From contig JAWLHB010000004.1 of NCBI GenBank assembly GCA_041690595.1, forward strand, positions 62,001 to 126,000: a stretch of DNA of 64,000 nt. Reading direction: 5' to 3'. Origin of the DNA: Lentisphaeria bacterium. Its GTDB lineage: Bacteria; Verrucomicrobiota; Lentisphaeria; JABSQK01; JAWLHB01. The notes beneath the pieces are model-generated. The model was not told the origin of the DNA. It made no database searches and saw only the letters and a list, made by a program, of their open reading frames with translations. The position numbers were made by a program, and so were the translations under genes. The first letter of the stretch is position 1; every line of letters starts with the position of its first letter. Shown here in pieces: positions 1-9,802 of the stretch.

Positions 1-647
1 ATTTCGTCAGGATCCCCGGCAACTGGCAGGAGACTGTGCTCAGCACCCGCCAGTTCGCCGGCTACGTACAGATCATCGCCAACTACATCAACATGGTCCG
101 CCAGCATCGCATTCCCGCCTTGTACAATGCCACCACCGGGGGCGCACGGCTCCCGGAGATCCCCGCAATCAGGCCGGACGAAGCCGCCGAGCTGGTTCTC
201 GCGGCGCAACCGGTCGACGCCCCCTGTCGCCTCCAGCAGATCAGCCTGGACGCGCCCCGCCCCGTGCCGGCTGTCGTGATTCAGGCCATGCAGGACGTTC
301 TGCATGAGTTGGGCCAGTTGCACGCTCTCGGCACCCGCGCCATGCGCATGTGTACCCGGCTTGGACGCCTTCCGCGCGAGCAGGCCCGAATCTTGCGAAA
401 GCTGGAGAGAATCGACCGCCAGCTCAAGGAAAATGCTGCCGGCCTGTTGCTGGTGGATGGCGCCATCACGGGAGCTTGCATGCACCTGCAACGGAAGCTG
501 AACGAGGAGGAAGAAATGGATCACAGTTTCGAGCACAGCCGGGCGCTGTACCAGCAGATCGCCGGCGCCGCCGACTGGCTTCGGGGCCTGATGAGCGCCG
601 CACTCACCGATTACGAGACGCTACATGCAGGAGACAGGGATGCTTAA
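1..647 (+). CDS. Motility-associated factor (Maf/DUF115-type flagellin glycosyltransferase), C-terminal part, 5'-truncated by the window edge
   Basis: Frame open from base 3 (FVRIPGNWQETVLS...); YNATTGGARL resembles the Maf NATEGGA motif; overlaps fliS. Confidence 0.6.
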   Translation, partial: FVRIPGNWQETVLSTRQFAGYVQIIANYINMVRQHRIPALYNATTGGARLPEIPAIRPDEAAELVLAAQPVDAPCRLQQISLDAPRPVPAVVIQAMQDVLHELGQLHALGTRAMRMCTRLGRLPREQARILRKLERIDRQLKENAAGLLLVDGAITGACMHLQRKLNEEEEMDHSFEHSRALYQQIAGAADWLRGLMSAALTDYETLHAGDRDA

Positions 648-1026
648 CGGACGCCGCAATGGGTATACCGAGGTCAAGATTCGGACTGCCGGCCCGGGGG
701 AGCGCGTGGTCTTGTTATATTCCGCGATCGTCAAGCACCTCAACCTGGCCATGCGAGCCTTCGAACTGCCCAGAGCGGATGGCTGCGAAGCGATCCACGC
801 CAACCTGGCCCTGGCTGGCCAGATCGTGGTGGAGTTGCGCCTGGCATTGGATCATCAGCAGAACGCCGAGCTGGCCCAGACCCTCGAGAACCTTTACGTC
901 TACTGGGAACGCGAGATCTCCGATGCCAACGTCAACAAGGATCCCACGGGACTTCCACAGATCCTCCAGATGGTCGACTCCCTGCGCGATACCTGGCAGC
1001 GCGCTGTCAACGGTGTCCCCGCATGA
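640..1026 (+). CDS. fliS: Flagellin chaperone FliS
   Basis: VVLLY, IVVELRLALD, ELAQTLENLYVY, ANVNKD, LRDTW motifs; about 128 aa. Confidence 0.9.
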   Translation: MLNGRRNGYTEVKIRTAGPGERVVLLYSAIVKHLNLAMRAFELPRADGCEAIHANLALAGQIVVELRLALDHQQNAELAQTLENLYVYWEREISDANVNKDPTGLPQILQMVDSLRDTWQRAVNGVPA

Positions 1027-1376
1027 AGACGACCACCCCGCCCTTTATTCTGCGTTATCGATCTCTCATCGATGAGCTGAATGATGCCATCGGCGCACGC
1101 GACTTCCAACGCTTTCGCCACCTCTGGATCGAGAGCCGCCAACTCTGGCCCCTCGTCCGGCGGGAAATCAACACCGGCGTCAGCGACGAAGAGACCCTTC
1201 GCGAAGCCCATGCCCAGATCGAGTCGCTGGCGCGGAAGTTGCGATCATGGCAGGAAGCAACCCGCGAACGTCTCCAGGAGCTTCGCCAGCAGCGCCAGCG
1301 GCGTCGCCAAGTCGCAAAGTCTTACGGAACACTATCTTCCGGCAGCGGAAATCACATCACCATCAACATAAGGTAG
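1023..1376 (+). CDS. Helical hypothetical protein, possibly FliT-like chaperone
   Basis: ATGA overlap with fliS; coiled-coil character, KSYG near C-terminus; FliT position. Confidence 0.45.
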   Translation: MKTTTPPFILRYRSLIDELNDAIGARDFQRFRHLWIESRQLWPLVRREINTGVSDEETLREAHAQIESLARKLRSWQEATRERLQELRQQRQRRRQVAKSYGTLSSGSGNHITINIR

Positions 1377-1382
1377 CGCCAG

Positions 1383-1670
1383 GTGAGTCCACAGGAATTC
1401 TACTCTCGCCGCATCGAAACGCGCCACATCATCAGTGGCCAGCGCCGCCTCACCGGAAGAAAGCCGCACCTGGAACGGTACTCGCGCATCATCCGTCGGG
1501 AAGATGTGCGCCTTCAGGCCGGGCGCGTCCGCCTGGTGGGCGGCGAGCCTGACGACCTCACGGTAGTCGAATCTCCGGCTGTCGTCCTCGAACAGGACCA
1601 TGGCCGACTGGTGCGCATTATCGTCACCTGCCCCTGTGGGCGTCATGCGGAGCTTGCATGTGAAGAATAA
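1383..1670 (+). CDS. Small hypothetical protein with C-terminal CPCG...C motif
   Basis: 95 aa ORF packed in the operon; IIVTCPCGRHAELAC. Confidence 0.55.
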   Translation: MSPQEFYSRRIETRHIISGQRRLTGRKPHLERYSRIIRREDVRLQAGRVRLVGGEPDDLTVVESPAVVLEQDHGRLVRIIVTCPCGRHAELACEE

Positions 1671-2508
1671 TCCAGACATCGGTGCCACCACTACCACTGC
1701 TTACTCACGCTTCAGCGACAAATCCGACCTTAGCGTCCTGGTGATCAGCGCGCAGGCCCCCGTGCGGCTCACCATCGGCAGATACCTGCAGGGCAGAGGC
1801 AACCAGATGCATCTCGCCAAGACGGGGCGCGAGGCCACCGACATCGATGCCGCCTACATGGTCGACCTGATCATCGTCGATGCACCTCTCCCCGACATGC
1901 CTCTCACCGAAATGCTGACAACCATTCGCGAAAGACGACGCCTGATGCGGGACATCGTAGACAGCAATATCGTCCCCAGCATCGTCGTCAGCCAGCAGCG
2001 CCTGAACTCGACCAGCGGCCTCTCCCAGCTGGGCGTGGTGGCCGCGCTTCGCAAACCGGTCAATCTGCAGGCGCTCGCCATGCTCGTGCAGAAGGTGCTC
2101 ACGGGTGAACTCACCGTCGAGAGCGACAAGCTGGTTCAACTCGGCGTGCTCGACCCTGAAAGCAGAGCCCTCGAGTTCTTTTCGAAGCTCTTCAAGGCGG
2201 ATGATGTCTCCGTTCGGCTGCTCAAGGATCGCTTTGATCTGGCCAACCACCAGGAAGAGCGCGACCTCGGCATCCTGCTCGTGGAAATCATGGGACTGGG
2301 CGATGATCCGGTGCAGGATCTGCGCACCTTCATTACCCGCTCGCCCAAGACCAAGGTAATCGTCTGCACCGCCCTTCACGACGCCGATATGCTCACCGAG
2401 CTGACCATGATGGGCGTCAAGGAAGTCCTGACCAAGCCGATCAACCCATTCAACATCCGAACCCTGGTACGCGAATATGTGGCCAAATGCCAGAATGAAC
2501 ATGAGTGA
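1660..2508 (+). CDS. Tandem receiver-domain protein without output domain
   Basis: Two REC-like units (LIIVD...LRKPV; ILLVE...LTKPI); GTG start at 1660 inferred. Confidence 0.75.
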   Translation: MKNNPDIGATTTTAYSRFSDKSDLSVLVISAQAPVRLTIGRYLQGRGNQMHLAKTGREATDIDAAYMVDLIIVDAPLPDMPLTEMLTTIRERRRLMRDIVDSNIVPSIVVSQQRLNSTSGLSQLGVVAALRKPVNLQALAMLVQKVLTGELTVESDKLVQLGVLDPESRALEFFSKLFKADDVSVRLLKDRFDLANHQEERDLGILLVEIMGLGDDPVQDLRTFITRSPKTKVIVCTALHDADMLTELTMMGVKEVLTKPINPFNIRTLVREYVAKCQNEHE

Positions 2509-3235
2509 TCGGCGGCCGCGGTTCGCGCTGGCTTTGACCCTGCTGGCCATTCTCGCCGGCGGCTGTGCCACCAATCCGTTCGACGCGGGCAGCAACCTCC
2601 CGGTCGTCTGCCGGCCGGATGCCGTTCGCCCCCTTCTGGTCCTGCCTGCGATTAGCCCTGCGACGGTGGCCCCCGCGGCCGCCCTCGAGATGGGAGAGCA
2701 GTTCTTTCTGGCACTCAACGCCATCAGCAGCCGGCCGGTGATTCATGCACCGGCCGTGGCCGAGCTGCAGCCGTTCGTCCTGGCCTCTCTGCTCCGTCGC
2801 GATGGCAAACCCGATGTTGATGAACTGGTTGCCCTCGCCACCGGCATGAACTGCGAGAGTGTCGTCTTTATCGACATCCTGGCGATACAGCCCTTTCCCC
2901 CCTTTCGCGTCGCCCTGGACCTTCGCCTCTACGATGGGCAGAACGGCGCCCTGGGCACCCGTTGCCGCATCGACCTGTGGCTGCGGGACGCTGTCGTCGC
3001 CAGCGACTACCGTCGCTTCGTGAGCAGCTTCCAGGAAGATGCCGACGAAGCGGCCATGCACGTGGCCCTCCTCTCGCCCGCCACCTTCCTGCACTATGTC
3101 GCCGCCCGTTCCGCCCGCATGCTCCTCGCCGATATGGAAAATCTCAACCGCGCGACTAAACTTTCTCACCGCGCAGCCGATAGTGATACATCAGGCCCCA
3201 TGGCCAGCACTTCATCGCCCCAGGGAGGCCACTAA
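2501..3235 (+). CDS. Lipoprotein of unknown function
   Basis: Signal peptide with lipobox LAGGC; overlaps upstream gene. Confidence 0.7.
   Translation: MSDRRPRFALALTLLAILAGGCATNPFDAGSNLPVVCRPDAVRPLLVLPAISPATVAPAAALEMGEQFFLALNAISSRPVIHAPAVAELQPFVLASLLRRDGKPDVDELVALATGMNCESVVFIDILAIQPFPPFRVALDLRLYDGQNGALGTRCRIDLWLRDAVVASDYRRFVSSFQEDADEAAMHVALLSPATFLHYVAARSARMLLADMENLNRATKLSHRAADSDTSGPMASTSSPQGGH
3157..3183 (+). promoter_or_regulatory. Sigma28 (FliA) promoter
   Basis: TAAA-N15-GCCGATAG versus consensus TAAA-N15-GCCGATAA, about 50 nt upstream of the flgM-like ORF. Confidence 0.8.
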
Positions 3236-3540
3236 TGCGTATCTCCTCCAATCACGATCACATGCCCTATCTCTCCTCCACCACCGCGCACGGCGTGCGG
3301 CGCAGCCAGAATGGCCTCTCCGCCGCACCTTCGCCGGAGAGCACTCCGGGTGAGCGCGATCAGGTGCGCCTCTCCCCTGTTGCCAGACAACTCCAGCGCG
3401 CCGAGCAACTGCTCGCCCGAGAGCTGGCTCCCCGCCCGGAGGTCGTCCAGCGCGGCAGGGAATTGCTCGCCAACTGGCGTGATCTGGATGACGGCGCCGT
3501 AGATGAACTCATGGCCCGTTTCCTGAACGAGGAAGGCTGA
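3235..3540 (+). CDS. flgM: Anti-sigma28 factor FlgM-like protein
   Basis: 101 aa, disordered N-terminus, DQVRLSPVARQL and RPEVVQRGRELLAN segments; sigma28 promoter upstream. Confidence 0.65.
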   Translation: MRISSNHDHMPYLSSTTAHGVRRSQNGLSAAPSPESTPGERDQVRLSPVARQLQRAEQLLARELAPRPEVVQRGRELLANWRDLDDGAVDELMARFLNEEG

Positions 3541-5092
3541 GGCCGAGCCCCGCTTCTTCCCGGCGCAGCAGGTAGACATTCAGCCCCGGGTAATGGGCCA
3601 CCTCGTCGTACGCGATGTACCGGCGCCCATCCATGTTGGAGAGATTTAGCACCATGTAGGTGGAACCGGGAAGCTCTGCCGCGGCTGGATCGGCAAGGAC
3701 GATCCACTCCATCCCACCGAAATCGCGGTAGTAGCGAAAGCACTCTCCCAGGTACCACGGGTGGCCGATCGAGACGGGCCGCCCCTCGCGGCTGCTGTCG
3801 ATGCGCGCCAGGATCTCCGGCACCAGACCATTGTCGGGTGCTTCGAAATAGTGGCGGAGCGAAAAGCGCGCCAGGTTGTTGACCAGCAGCAGCGCCACCA
3901 GGATCAGGCAGAGCAACTCGCCGTACTGATACACCCATGACGGTCGTCCCCGATGAGCCGTCAGCAGCCCCACCCCCACTGCCGCCGCGACCATGCCCCA
4001 GTAAAGGAACTGAATCGCCAGGCGCAGGAAGGGAAGCGGCAGGTCGAAGGCCAGATGCTCGACGGCCGCATGCACCCCCAACAGCCCAGGCAGGCAGAGA
4101 ACCGGCATCAGCCGCGCTCCCCGCCTCCACGCCAGCCACGGCGCCGCCAGGAGGCCGCAGATGGCGAGCACCAGGATCAGCCAGCCCGGCCACCCCATCT
4201 GCCACTCCGAAAGCCACGCCAGTCGCGGCCCGGATATCGGCTGCAGCGGCGCCCACAAGGCGGGGTAGCCGTCCGCCGTCACCAGCCCCTGATCGACGTA
4301 GTACAGCATGCCCTGAACCGTCTTGAATGCGGTTGCCAGATTCTGCGCTCCGAGGAAGAAGCCCCCGCGTCCGATCGGCATCAACGGCAAGTAGACGCTG
4401 CCGGCGATCACCGCCTGCGGCAGCCCCAGATACACCAGCGACAATAGACCTTTGGCACCTTCTCTCCGCAACAGGTAGACGGCGGCGATCGCCGAAAGGC
4501 AGACAGCCTCACGAAGCGCGATGGGCAGGGTGATCATGGCCAGCCCGAGGAAGCTCCCCGACAGCAGCAGCAGGAGCCGTGGCGGTGAGCCTTGGCGGCC
4601 ATTCAAAGCCCGCCCCAGGCACCAGACCGCCCACGTCGTGAACGCCAGCATCAGGATATAGCCGCGCGCCAGCGCCGCATAGTCAAGCAGATAGGGATGC
4701 AGTGCGATGCACGCGAAGAACAGCCAGCGACTCTTCTTTCCCGGAATGACATCCCGCAGGATCTGGTAGAGCCCGATGACCAGGCAGCCCCAGCTGATCA
4801 GCGAGGGCAGACGCATGGTGAAGGGCGTCACCCCCCCCACACTCGTGCTCAGCCACATGAAGAAGGTCTGCAGAATGTGGTTGGTCGACCAATACTCCCC
4901 GAAGACCTGCGCCAGGTGGCCGACGTAGATGCGCGCGACAATCGCCTCGTCATTGACAATGCCCGCCGTACACGCCTTCACCGTCGCCAGTGTCAGTGAA
5001 AGGATGCCGATCCCCCATGGCACGAGCGCATCGCGGCGCAGCGCGCGGAGCCATATTGGGCGGATGGAGTCGGAGGGGGCGGATTCTGGCAT
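3509..5092 (-). CDS. Polytopic membrane glycosyltransferase (GT-C fold, ArnT/GT39-like)
   Basis: Many TM segments, NDE after first TM, RLPSL and ARGY motifs; start inferred at MPESAP. Confidence 0.7.
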   Translation of the reverse strand: MPESAPSDSIRPIWLRALRRDALVPWGIGILSLTLATVKACTAGIVNDEAIVARIYVGHLAQVFGEYWSTNHILQTFFMWLSTSVGGVTPFTMRLPSLISWGCLVIGLYQILRDVIPGKKSRWLFFACIALHPYLLDYAALARGYILMLAFTTWAVWCLGRALNGRQGSPPRLLLLLSGSFLGLAMITLPIALREAVCLSAIAAVYLLRREGAKGLLSLVYLGLPQAVIAGSVYLPLMPIGRGGFFLGAQNLATAFKTVQGMLYYVDQGLVTADGYPALWAPLQPISGPRLAWLSEWQMGWPGWLILVLAICGLLAAPWLAWRRGARLMPVLCLPGLLGVHAAVEHLAFDLPLPFLRLAIQFLYWGMVAAAVGVGLLTAHRGRPSWVYQYGELLCLILVALLLVNNLARFSLRHYFEAPDNGLVPEILARIDSSREGRPVSIGHPWYLGECFRYYRDFGGMEWIVLADPAAAELPGSTYMVLNLSNMDGRRYIAYDEVAHYPGLNVYLLRREEAGLGLSLPRSGNGP

Positions 5093-5168
5093 CTTCTCTC
5101 TGGTGGATGGCGGGATGAACGTCGTGCCGTTGTGACAAAGTGAGCGGTAGCGCGCGGAAATCAACCGT

Positions 5169-5197
5169 TGCCGGGAAGATAAGCCCGGCACTTTTTT
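5169..5197 (+). promoter_or_regulatory. Inverted repeat with T-tract (terminator-like, or enhancer site for the flgF sigma54 promoter)
   Basis: TGCCGGG-AAGATAAG-CCCGGCA then CTTTTTT. Confidence 0.4.
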
Positions 5198-5231
5198 CCA
5201 GGCGGACCGGAGCGGTGAGGCGGGCGGCCGC

Positions 5232-5247
5232 TGGCATGCTTCATGCG
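5232..5247 (+). promoter_or_regulatory. Sigma54 (-24/-12) promoter of the flg operon
   Basis: TGGCAT-GCTTC-ATGC, GG-N10-GC spacing, about 37 nt upstream of flgF ATG. Confidence 0.6.
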
Positions 5248-5283
5248 CGAAAAGAGCCAACGCTATCAGCGAGGGATTGAACG

Positions 5284-5973
5284 ATGTTTTCCGGAATGTA
5301 CAAAGTGGCTGGCGGAGCACGATCCGAACAGGATCGACAGGTCCACATTGCCCGTAACCTGGCGTCCGCACAGTTGCCCGGCTACCGGCGCGAGTTCCAG
5401 GCCGCGCTCGCCGCCGAAAACGGCGGCAAGACGCGCACCGATCACCGTTCGGGCCAGGTGCAGCCGACTGGCCGCCCCCTCGATTTTGCCATCAACGGCG
5501 ACTCCTTCTTCACCGTCGAGGATAAGGAAGGAAACCAGCTGCTCACCCGCAACGGTCGCTTCTTCATGTCTCCCGACCGGCGCCTCGTCACCTCCGAGAA
5601 CCTGCCGGTGCTTGGCGTCGGAGGTCCCATCCAGGTGCCGGCCGATATCGATGTGGAGCAACTCGTGCTCGACCAGAATGGCGCTCTCGTCGCCATGACC
5701 CCCCAGGGCATTCTGCCCATCGCCACCCTCCAGGTGATGACGCCCGAAAAAGTGGACGCTCTCCAGCGAATCTCCGCCAATTACTACCGCGAAGGCGAGG
5801 CCGACCTGCAAGCCGGCGACCCGCGCGAGATCGTCCAGCGCTCCATCGAACAGAGCAACGTCTCGCCCCTCCTCGAAATGTCCTCCATGATCGAGAGCAT
5901 GCGCGAGTTCGAGACCGCCTACAAGATGGTCAACATGACCAATGATATTCTACGTAAACAGACGGAAATCTAG
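5284..5973 (+). CDS. flgF: Flagellar rod protein FlgF
   Basis: IARNLAS, TGRPLDFAI, TRNGRF, IEQSNV motifs; precedes flgG. Confidence 0.85.
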   Translation: MFSGMYKVAGGARSEQDRQVHIARNLASAQLPGYRREFQAALAAENGGKTRTDHRSGQVQPTGRPLDFAINGDSFFTVEDKEGNQLLTRNGRFFMSPDRRLVTSENLPVLGVGGPIQVPADIDVEQLVLDQNGALVAMTPQGILPIATLQVMTPEKVDALQRISANYYREGEADLQAGDPREIVQRSIEQSNVSPLLEMSSMIESMREFETAYKMVNMTNDILRKQTEI

Positions 5974-5988
5974 CTCCGGGAGCCCATC

Positions 5989-6765
5989 ATGAACGAAGCC
6001 TTGCGCATCGCCGCCAGCGGCATGGAGAGCCAGCAGCTCCTCTCCAATGTCATCGCCAACAACATGGCCAACGTCAACACCAATGGCTACAAGCGCAGCG
6101 TCGTGCACTTCCAGGACATGCTCTATCGCACCCTCGGCACCCCCGGCGCACCCACCAACACCAGCCAGTCCCCTGTCGGTATCCAGCTCGGCACCGGCGT
6201 ACGCACTGTCGCCGTCAGCAAGGACTTCAGCCAGGGTGACCTGCAGAGTTCCACCGCCGATCTGGACGTTGCCATTGAAGGGTCTGGATTCTTCGAAGTC
6301 GCCCTGCCCGATGGTACCAGCGCCTTCACCCGCACCGGCAACTTTCACCTCACCGCGACCGGCGAAGTCGTCACCGCCGACGGCTATGCGGTCATCGGCT
6401 TTCCCGCCATCAGCATCCAGGCCACCGCCACCGATATTGCCGCTGATGGCACCGTTGCCGCGACCATCAATGGGGTGAGCACCCAGCAAGGCCGCATCAG
6501 CCTCGTCCGCTTCCCCAATCCGGAGGGACTCGAGAGCATTGGCCGCAATCTCTACACCCAGACAGAGGCCAGCGGCGCCGCCGCCCGCGCCATGCCCGGC
6601 CAGAACGGACTGGGCCAGATCTCCCACCACTATCTCGAAGCCTCCAACGTTCAGATCGTGAACGAAATGGTCGACCTTATCGCGGCCCAGAGGGCCTACG
6701 AACTCATCTCCAAGAGCATCCGTACCGCCGATGAAATGCTTAAGATCGCCAATAACATGCATTAA
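5989..6765 (+). CDS. flgG: Flagellar distal rod protein FlgG
   Basis: IANNMANVNTNGYK, FQDMLY, LEASNV, AQRAYE. Confidence 0.95.
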   Translation: MNEALRIAASGMESQQLLSNVIANNMANVNTNGYKRSVVHFQDMLYRTLGTPGAPTNTSQSPVGIQLGTGVRTVAVSKDFSQGDLQSSTADLDVAIEGSGFFEVALPDGTSAFTRTGNFHLTATGEVVTADGYAVIGFPAISIQATATDIAADGTVAATINGVSTQQGRISLVRFPNPEGLESIGRNLYTQTEASGAAARAMPGQNGLGQISHHYLEASNVQIVNEMVDLIAAQRAYELISKSIRTADEMLKIANNMH

Positions 6766-7711
6766 GCTGCTGCTGGCCCTCCTGCTCTCCGGGCCGCTCA
6801 CCTCCGTGGCCACGACGCGTGTCGTCGACATCCGGCCACGTATCGTCTGCTCGAGTGCTGCCGTGCGGCTGGCCGACCTCGCCGTCTATCCGGAGCAGTT
6901 GAGCACGGAAGAGCGCGAGCTGGTCGTCACCGAGGGCGGCAACTGGGAACAGGGGCAGCGGGTCTCCCTGCGCAGCATCGCCTATCTTCTTCAGCGTTTC
7001 GACGGCCTGCGCGACCTGCACCTGCGCGGCCCAGACTACCTGACGGTCGTCCGCCTGGCTGGTCCAGAACAGGTCGATCGGATCCGTACCGCGCTCGTCA
7101 GTGCCTTGAGCAGCGAGCTGCCATGGCGCGATTGGGAACTGGACGTTCAGCTCACCAATGCCGACAACCTGCAGATTGCCCATGCGGGAGGCGTGGCCCT
7201 CGTCGAGGTAGTCTCATTGGATCGTCGGGCGGTGCTGGGCCACCTCGATGTGGAGATCGCCGTCAGCGACGCGGATGGCAGCCGGCGGCGGCTGTTGCGC
7301 CTGGCGCCACTCGTGCGGCGCAGGTCTACCGCCATTGTCGTTGTCGAAAGGTGTCCAGCCGGAACGCTGCTGGCGGAAGAGCACCTGGCGGAGCAGGAGG
7401 TCTGGATCGATCATCGGCGCGATTCGTCCGTCGAAACCATGAGCGCCTGCATCGGGCGCGAGGTGCGACGCCACCTGGCGGCTGGAGAGATCGTCAGCGC
7501 CGGCGACCTGATGGCGCCCCGCTGTGCCGCGCGCGGCGACCAGGTATGGGTGACCAGCTTGAACGGCGCGCTCACCGTGCGCCTCGTCGCCATTGCCCAG
7601 CAGCCCGGACGCGAGGGCGACCAGATTCAGCTGCGCAATCAGAGTTCTGACAAGCTTTTCCGTGCGACACTAACCGGACCCCGACTGGCACGTCTGCAGA
7701 TCGGTCCCTGA
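6731..7711 (+). CDS. flgA: P-ring assembly protein FlgA (start uncertain)
   Basis: C-terminal SAF-like region RGDQV...GREGDQIQLRNQSS; between flgG and flgH. Confidence 0.8.
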   Translation: MKCLRSPITCIKLLLALLLSGPLTSVATTRVVDIRPRIVCSSAAVRLADLAVYPEQLSTEERELVVTEGGNWEQGQRVSLRSIAYLLQRFDGLRDLHLRGPDYLTVVRLAGPEQVDRIRTALVSALSSELPWRDWELDVQLTNADNLQIAHAGGVALVEVVSLDRRAVLGHLDVEIAVSDADGSRRRLLRLAPLVRRRSTAIVVVERCPAGTLLAEEHLAEQEVWIDHRRDSSVETMSACIGREVRRHLAAGEIVSAGDLMAPRCAARGDQVWVTSLNGALTVRLVAIAQQPGREGDQIQLRNQSSDKLFRATLTGPRLARLQIGP

Positions 7712-7726
7712 TCCTGGAGTCTGACC

Positions 7727-8326
7727 ATGCGATACCTGCTCATCCTGCTGGCCTGCCTGCCGTTCCTTACCGCTCACGCTGAAGAAGAAGGTTCCTTTGT
7801 CCTTGCCATGCGCATGTATGGCGATCAGCGCGCCTACCAGGTTGGTGACTTGCTTACCATCGTGGTCGATGAGGCGATCAGCACCAGCTCCAAGGACAGC
7901 CTCGCCACCAGCAAATCCGCCACGGCCAAGGCCGATGCTCCCATTCTCGGCGATCCCAACAGCCAGAAGCTCCAGGAGTTTCTCCAGTCCTTGCGCTACC
8001 AGTTGGCAGGCAGTAGCGAGTTCTCCGGCACCGGCAGCCAGAACATGTCAGAGGAACTGGCCGCCCGCTTCACCGTCCGCGTCGTCGACACCATGGGCAG
8101 CGGCGTCCTCCTGCTTCAGGGCGAGCGCCTCCTCAAGCTCAAGGACGAGAGCGTCAAGATTACCCTCAGCGGTCTCGTTCGCAGCCGTGATGTGAATGCC
8201 GACAACACCATCGCTTCCAGCCGCATCTCCGACGCGCGTATCGTCTATGAACGCAGCGGCGAAGTCAGTCGCGGCGCCCGGCCCGGCTGGCTCTGGAGCC
8301 TCTTTCAGCGCATTTCTCCCTGGTAA
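7727..8326 (+). CDS. flgH: Flagellar L-ring protein FlgH
   Basis: RAYQVGDLLTIVV, GLVRSRDV, NTIASSRISDARI, PGWL. Confidence 0.92.
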   Translation: MRYLLILLACLPFLTAHAEEEGSFVLAMRMYGDQRAYQVGDLLTIVVDEAISTSSKDSLATSKSATAKADAPILGDPNSQKLQEFLQSLRYQLAGSSEFSGTGSQNMSEELAARFTVRVVDTMGSGVLLLQGERLLKLKDESVKITLSGLVRSRDVNADNTIASSRISDARIVYERSGEVSRGARPGWLWSLFQRISPW

Positions 8327-8344
8327 CCCAACTTGGAAACCGCC

Positions 8345-9460
8345 ATGCACAAGTCAGCTCTCATCTTCTTCACCCTCGTTGCGCTTTCCATCTCGTCGAT
8401 GGGCGGCCCCATGGCGGTGCGCATCAAGGATGCCGCCCGTTTCGCCGGCAGCGATCGCTATACCCTGGTTGGCTACGGCCTGGTTGTCGGCCTCAACGGC
8501 ACCGGCGACAGTGATCAGGAGCTGACCCAGCAGAGCATTGTCAATCTCCTCCACAATTTCAACATCAAGCTCGATCCAGCCGATGTGAAAGCGCAGAATT
8601 GCGCGGTGGTCATGCTCACTCTTACCTTGAACGATGGCGTTCACAAAGGCGACCTTCTTACCGCCACCATCTCCTCCATCGGCGATGCTACCTCACTCCA
8701 GGGGGGCGAGCTGCTGCTGACGCCGCTGCTCGGCGAGGATGGAACGCCATGGGCACTGGCCCAGGGCTCCGTGGTCGTCGGCGGCTTTCAGTTCGGCAGC
8801 GGCGGCGCCGGCGGCGAAAGCCAGACCAAAAATCACCCCACCGTCGGCAAGCTGCCCGGCGGCGTCAAGATGATGCGCGACATCGATACCGTTGCGGAAG
8901 CCACCGGCAGCGTCCGCATCTTTCTCAAGCGTCCGGACTACACCACCGCCGTCAACCTGGCAGCCGCCATCAACCGCGAGCATGTCGGCCTGGCCCGCGC
9001 CATCAACCACTCCACCGTCCTCGTCACGGTTCCGGACAGCTACTTGGTAGAAGGGACGGTTCCCGTCTTTCTCAGTGAGCTGGAGCAGATACGCTTCTCC
9101 CCGGATCAGCGGGCAAAGATCGTCTTCAGCGAACGCACCGGCACCATCGTGATCGGCCGGGAAGTTCGCATCGATTCCGTGGCCATCAGCCATGGCAGCA
9201 TCTCGGTGAGCATCAAGAACACGGTGGGCGTCAGCCAGCCTGCTCCCTTCCGCGGTGGCGGCGACACCGTGGTTGCCAACGATCAGCAGACCGCCGTCGC
9301 CGAAAGCCGGGCCCAGCTGCAGGTGCTGCCGGAAACCACCAGCGTGGGCGATCTTGTCGACATGCTCAACGCTCTGGGTGTCACCCCCCGCGACATCATG
9401 TCGATCTTCGTCGCGCTTCAGCAGAGCGGGGCTCTTCATGCCGAACTGGAACCCATGTAG
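8345..9460 (+). CDS. flgI: Flagellar P-ring protein FlgI
   Basis: RIKD, LVGYGLVVGLNGTGD, ERTGTIV, GALHAEL. Confidence 0.95.
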   Translation: MHKSALIFFTLVALSISSMGGPMAVRIKDAARFAGSDRYTLVGYGLVVGLNGTGDSDQELTQQSIVNLLHNFNIKLDPADVKAQNCAVVMLTLTLNDGVHKGDLLTATISSIGDATSLQGGELLLTPLLGEDGTPWALAQGSVVVGGFQFGSGGAGGESQTKNHPTVGKLPGGVKMMRDIDTVAEATGSVRIFLKRPDYTTAVNLAAAINREHVGLARAINHSTVLVTVPDSYLVEGTVPVFLSELEQIRFSPDQRAKIVFSERTGTIVIGREVRIDSVAISHGSISVSIKNTVGVSQPAPFRGGGDTVVANDQQTAVAESRAQLQVLPETTSVGDLVDMLNALGVTPRDIMSIFVALQQSGALHAELEPM

Positions 9461-9472
9461 ACGAGCCACATC

Positions 9473-9802
9473 ATGATCCCCCCCATCATGCCTTCCAGCA
9501 TCCCCATCGAGCCCACCGCTGGCACGAACTCTGCGGCTGCTCAGGACAAGGAAGATGTCGCTCTTCGCCAAGCCTGCCTGCAGTTTGAAGAAGTCTTCAC
9601 CGCCACTCTTCTCAAGAAGGGGTTGACGCAGGCAGCCGAAGCATGGGGCGACGAGGAGGAAGGCGCCAATACCGCCTACAAGGAAATGGCTTTCGAGCAG
9701 ATGGCCCAACACCTGGGCGGCATGCACCTCCTCGGCCTCGCCGACACACTCTATTCGCAGATCAAACAGTCCGGATCGAACCTCGGGGGAGATGATCGAT
9801 GA
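9473..9802 (+). CDS. flgJ: Short rod-binding FlgJ (no muramidase domain)
   Basis: LRQACLQFEEVF, LGLADTLYSQ; follows flgI. Confidence 0.75.
   Translation: MIPPIMPSSIPIEPTAGTNSAAAQDKEDVALRQACLQFEEVFTATLLKKGLTQAAEAWGDEEEGANTAYKEMAFEQMAQHLGGMHLLGLADTLYSQIKQSGSNLGGDDR

Noticed and set aside
1705..2724. Long antisense and alternate-frame ORFs (e.g. 1705-2724, 8693-9814, 26125-27597, 41500-43050, 49289-50725, 51845-54391, 55434-57287)
   Set aside because: Shadows of real genes caused by high-GC codon bias; no motifs
7686..7700. TGGCACG upstream of flgH as a sigma54 promoter
   Set aside because: No GC at the required GG-N10-GC position
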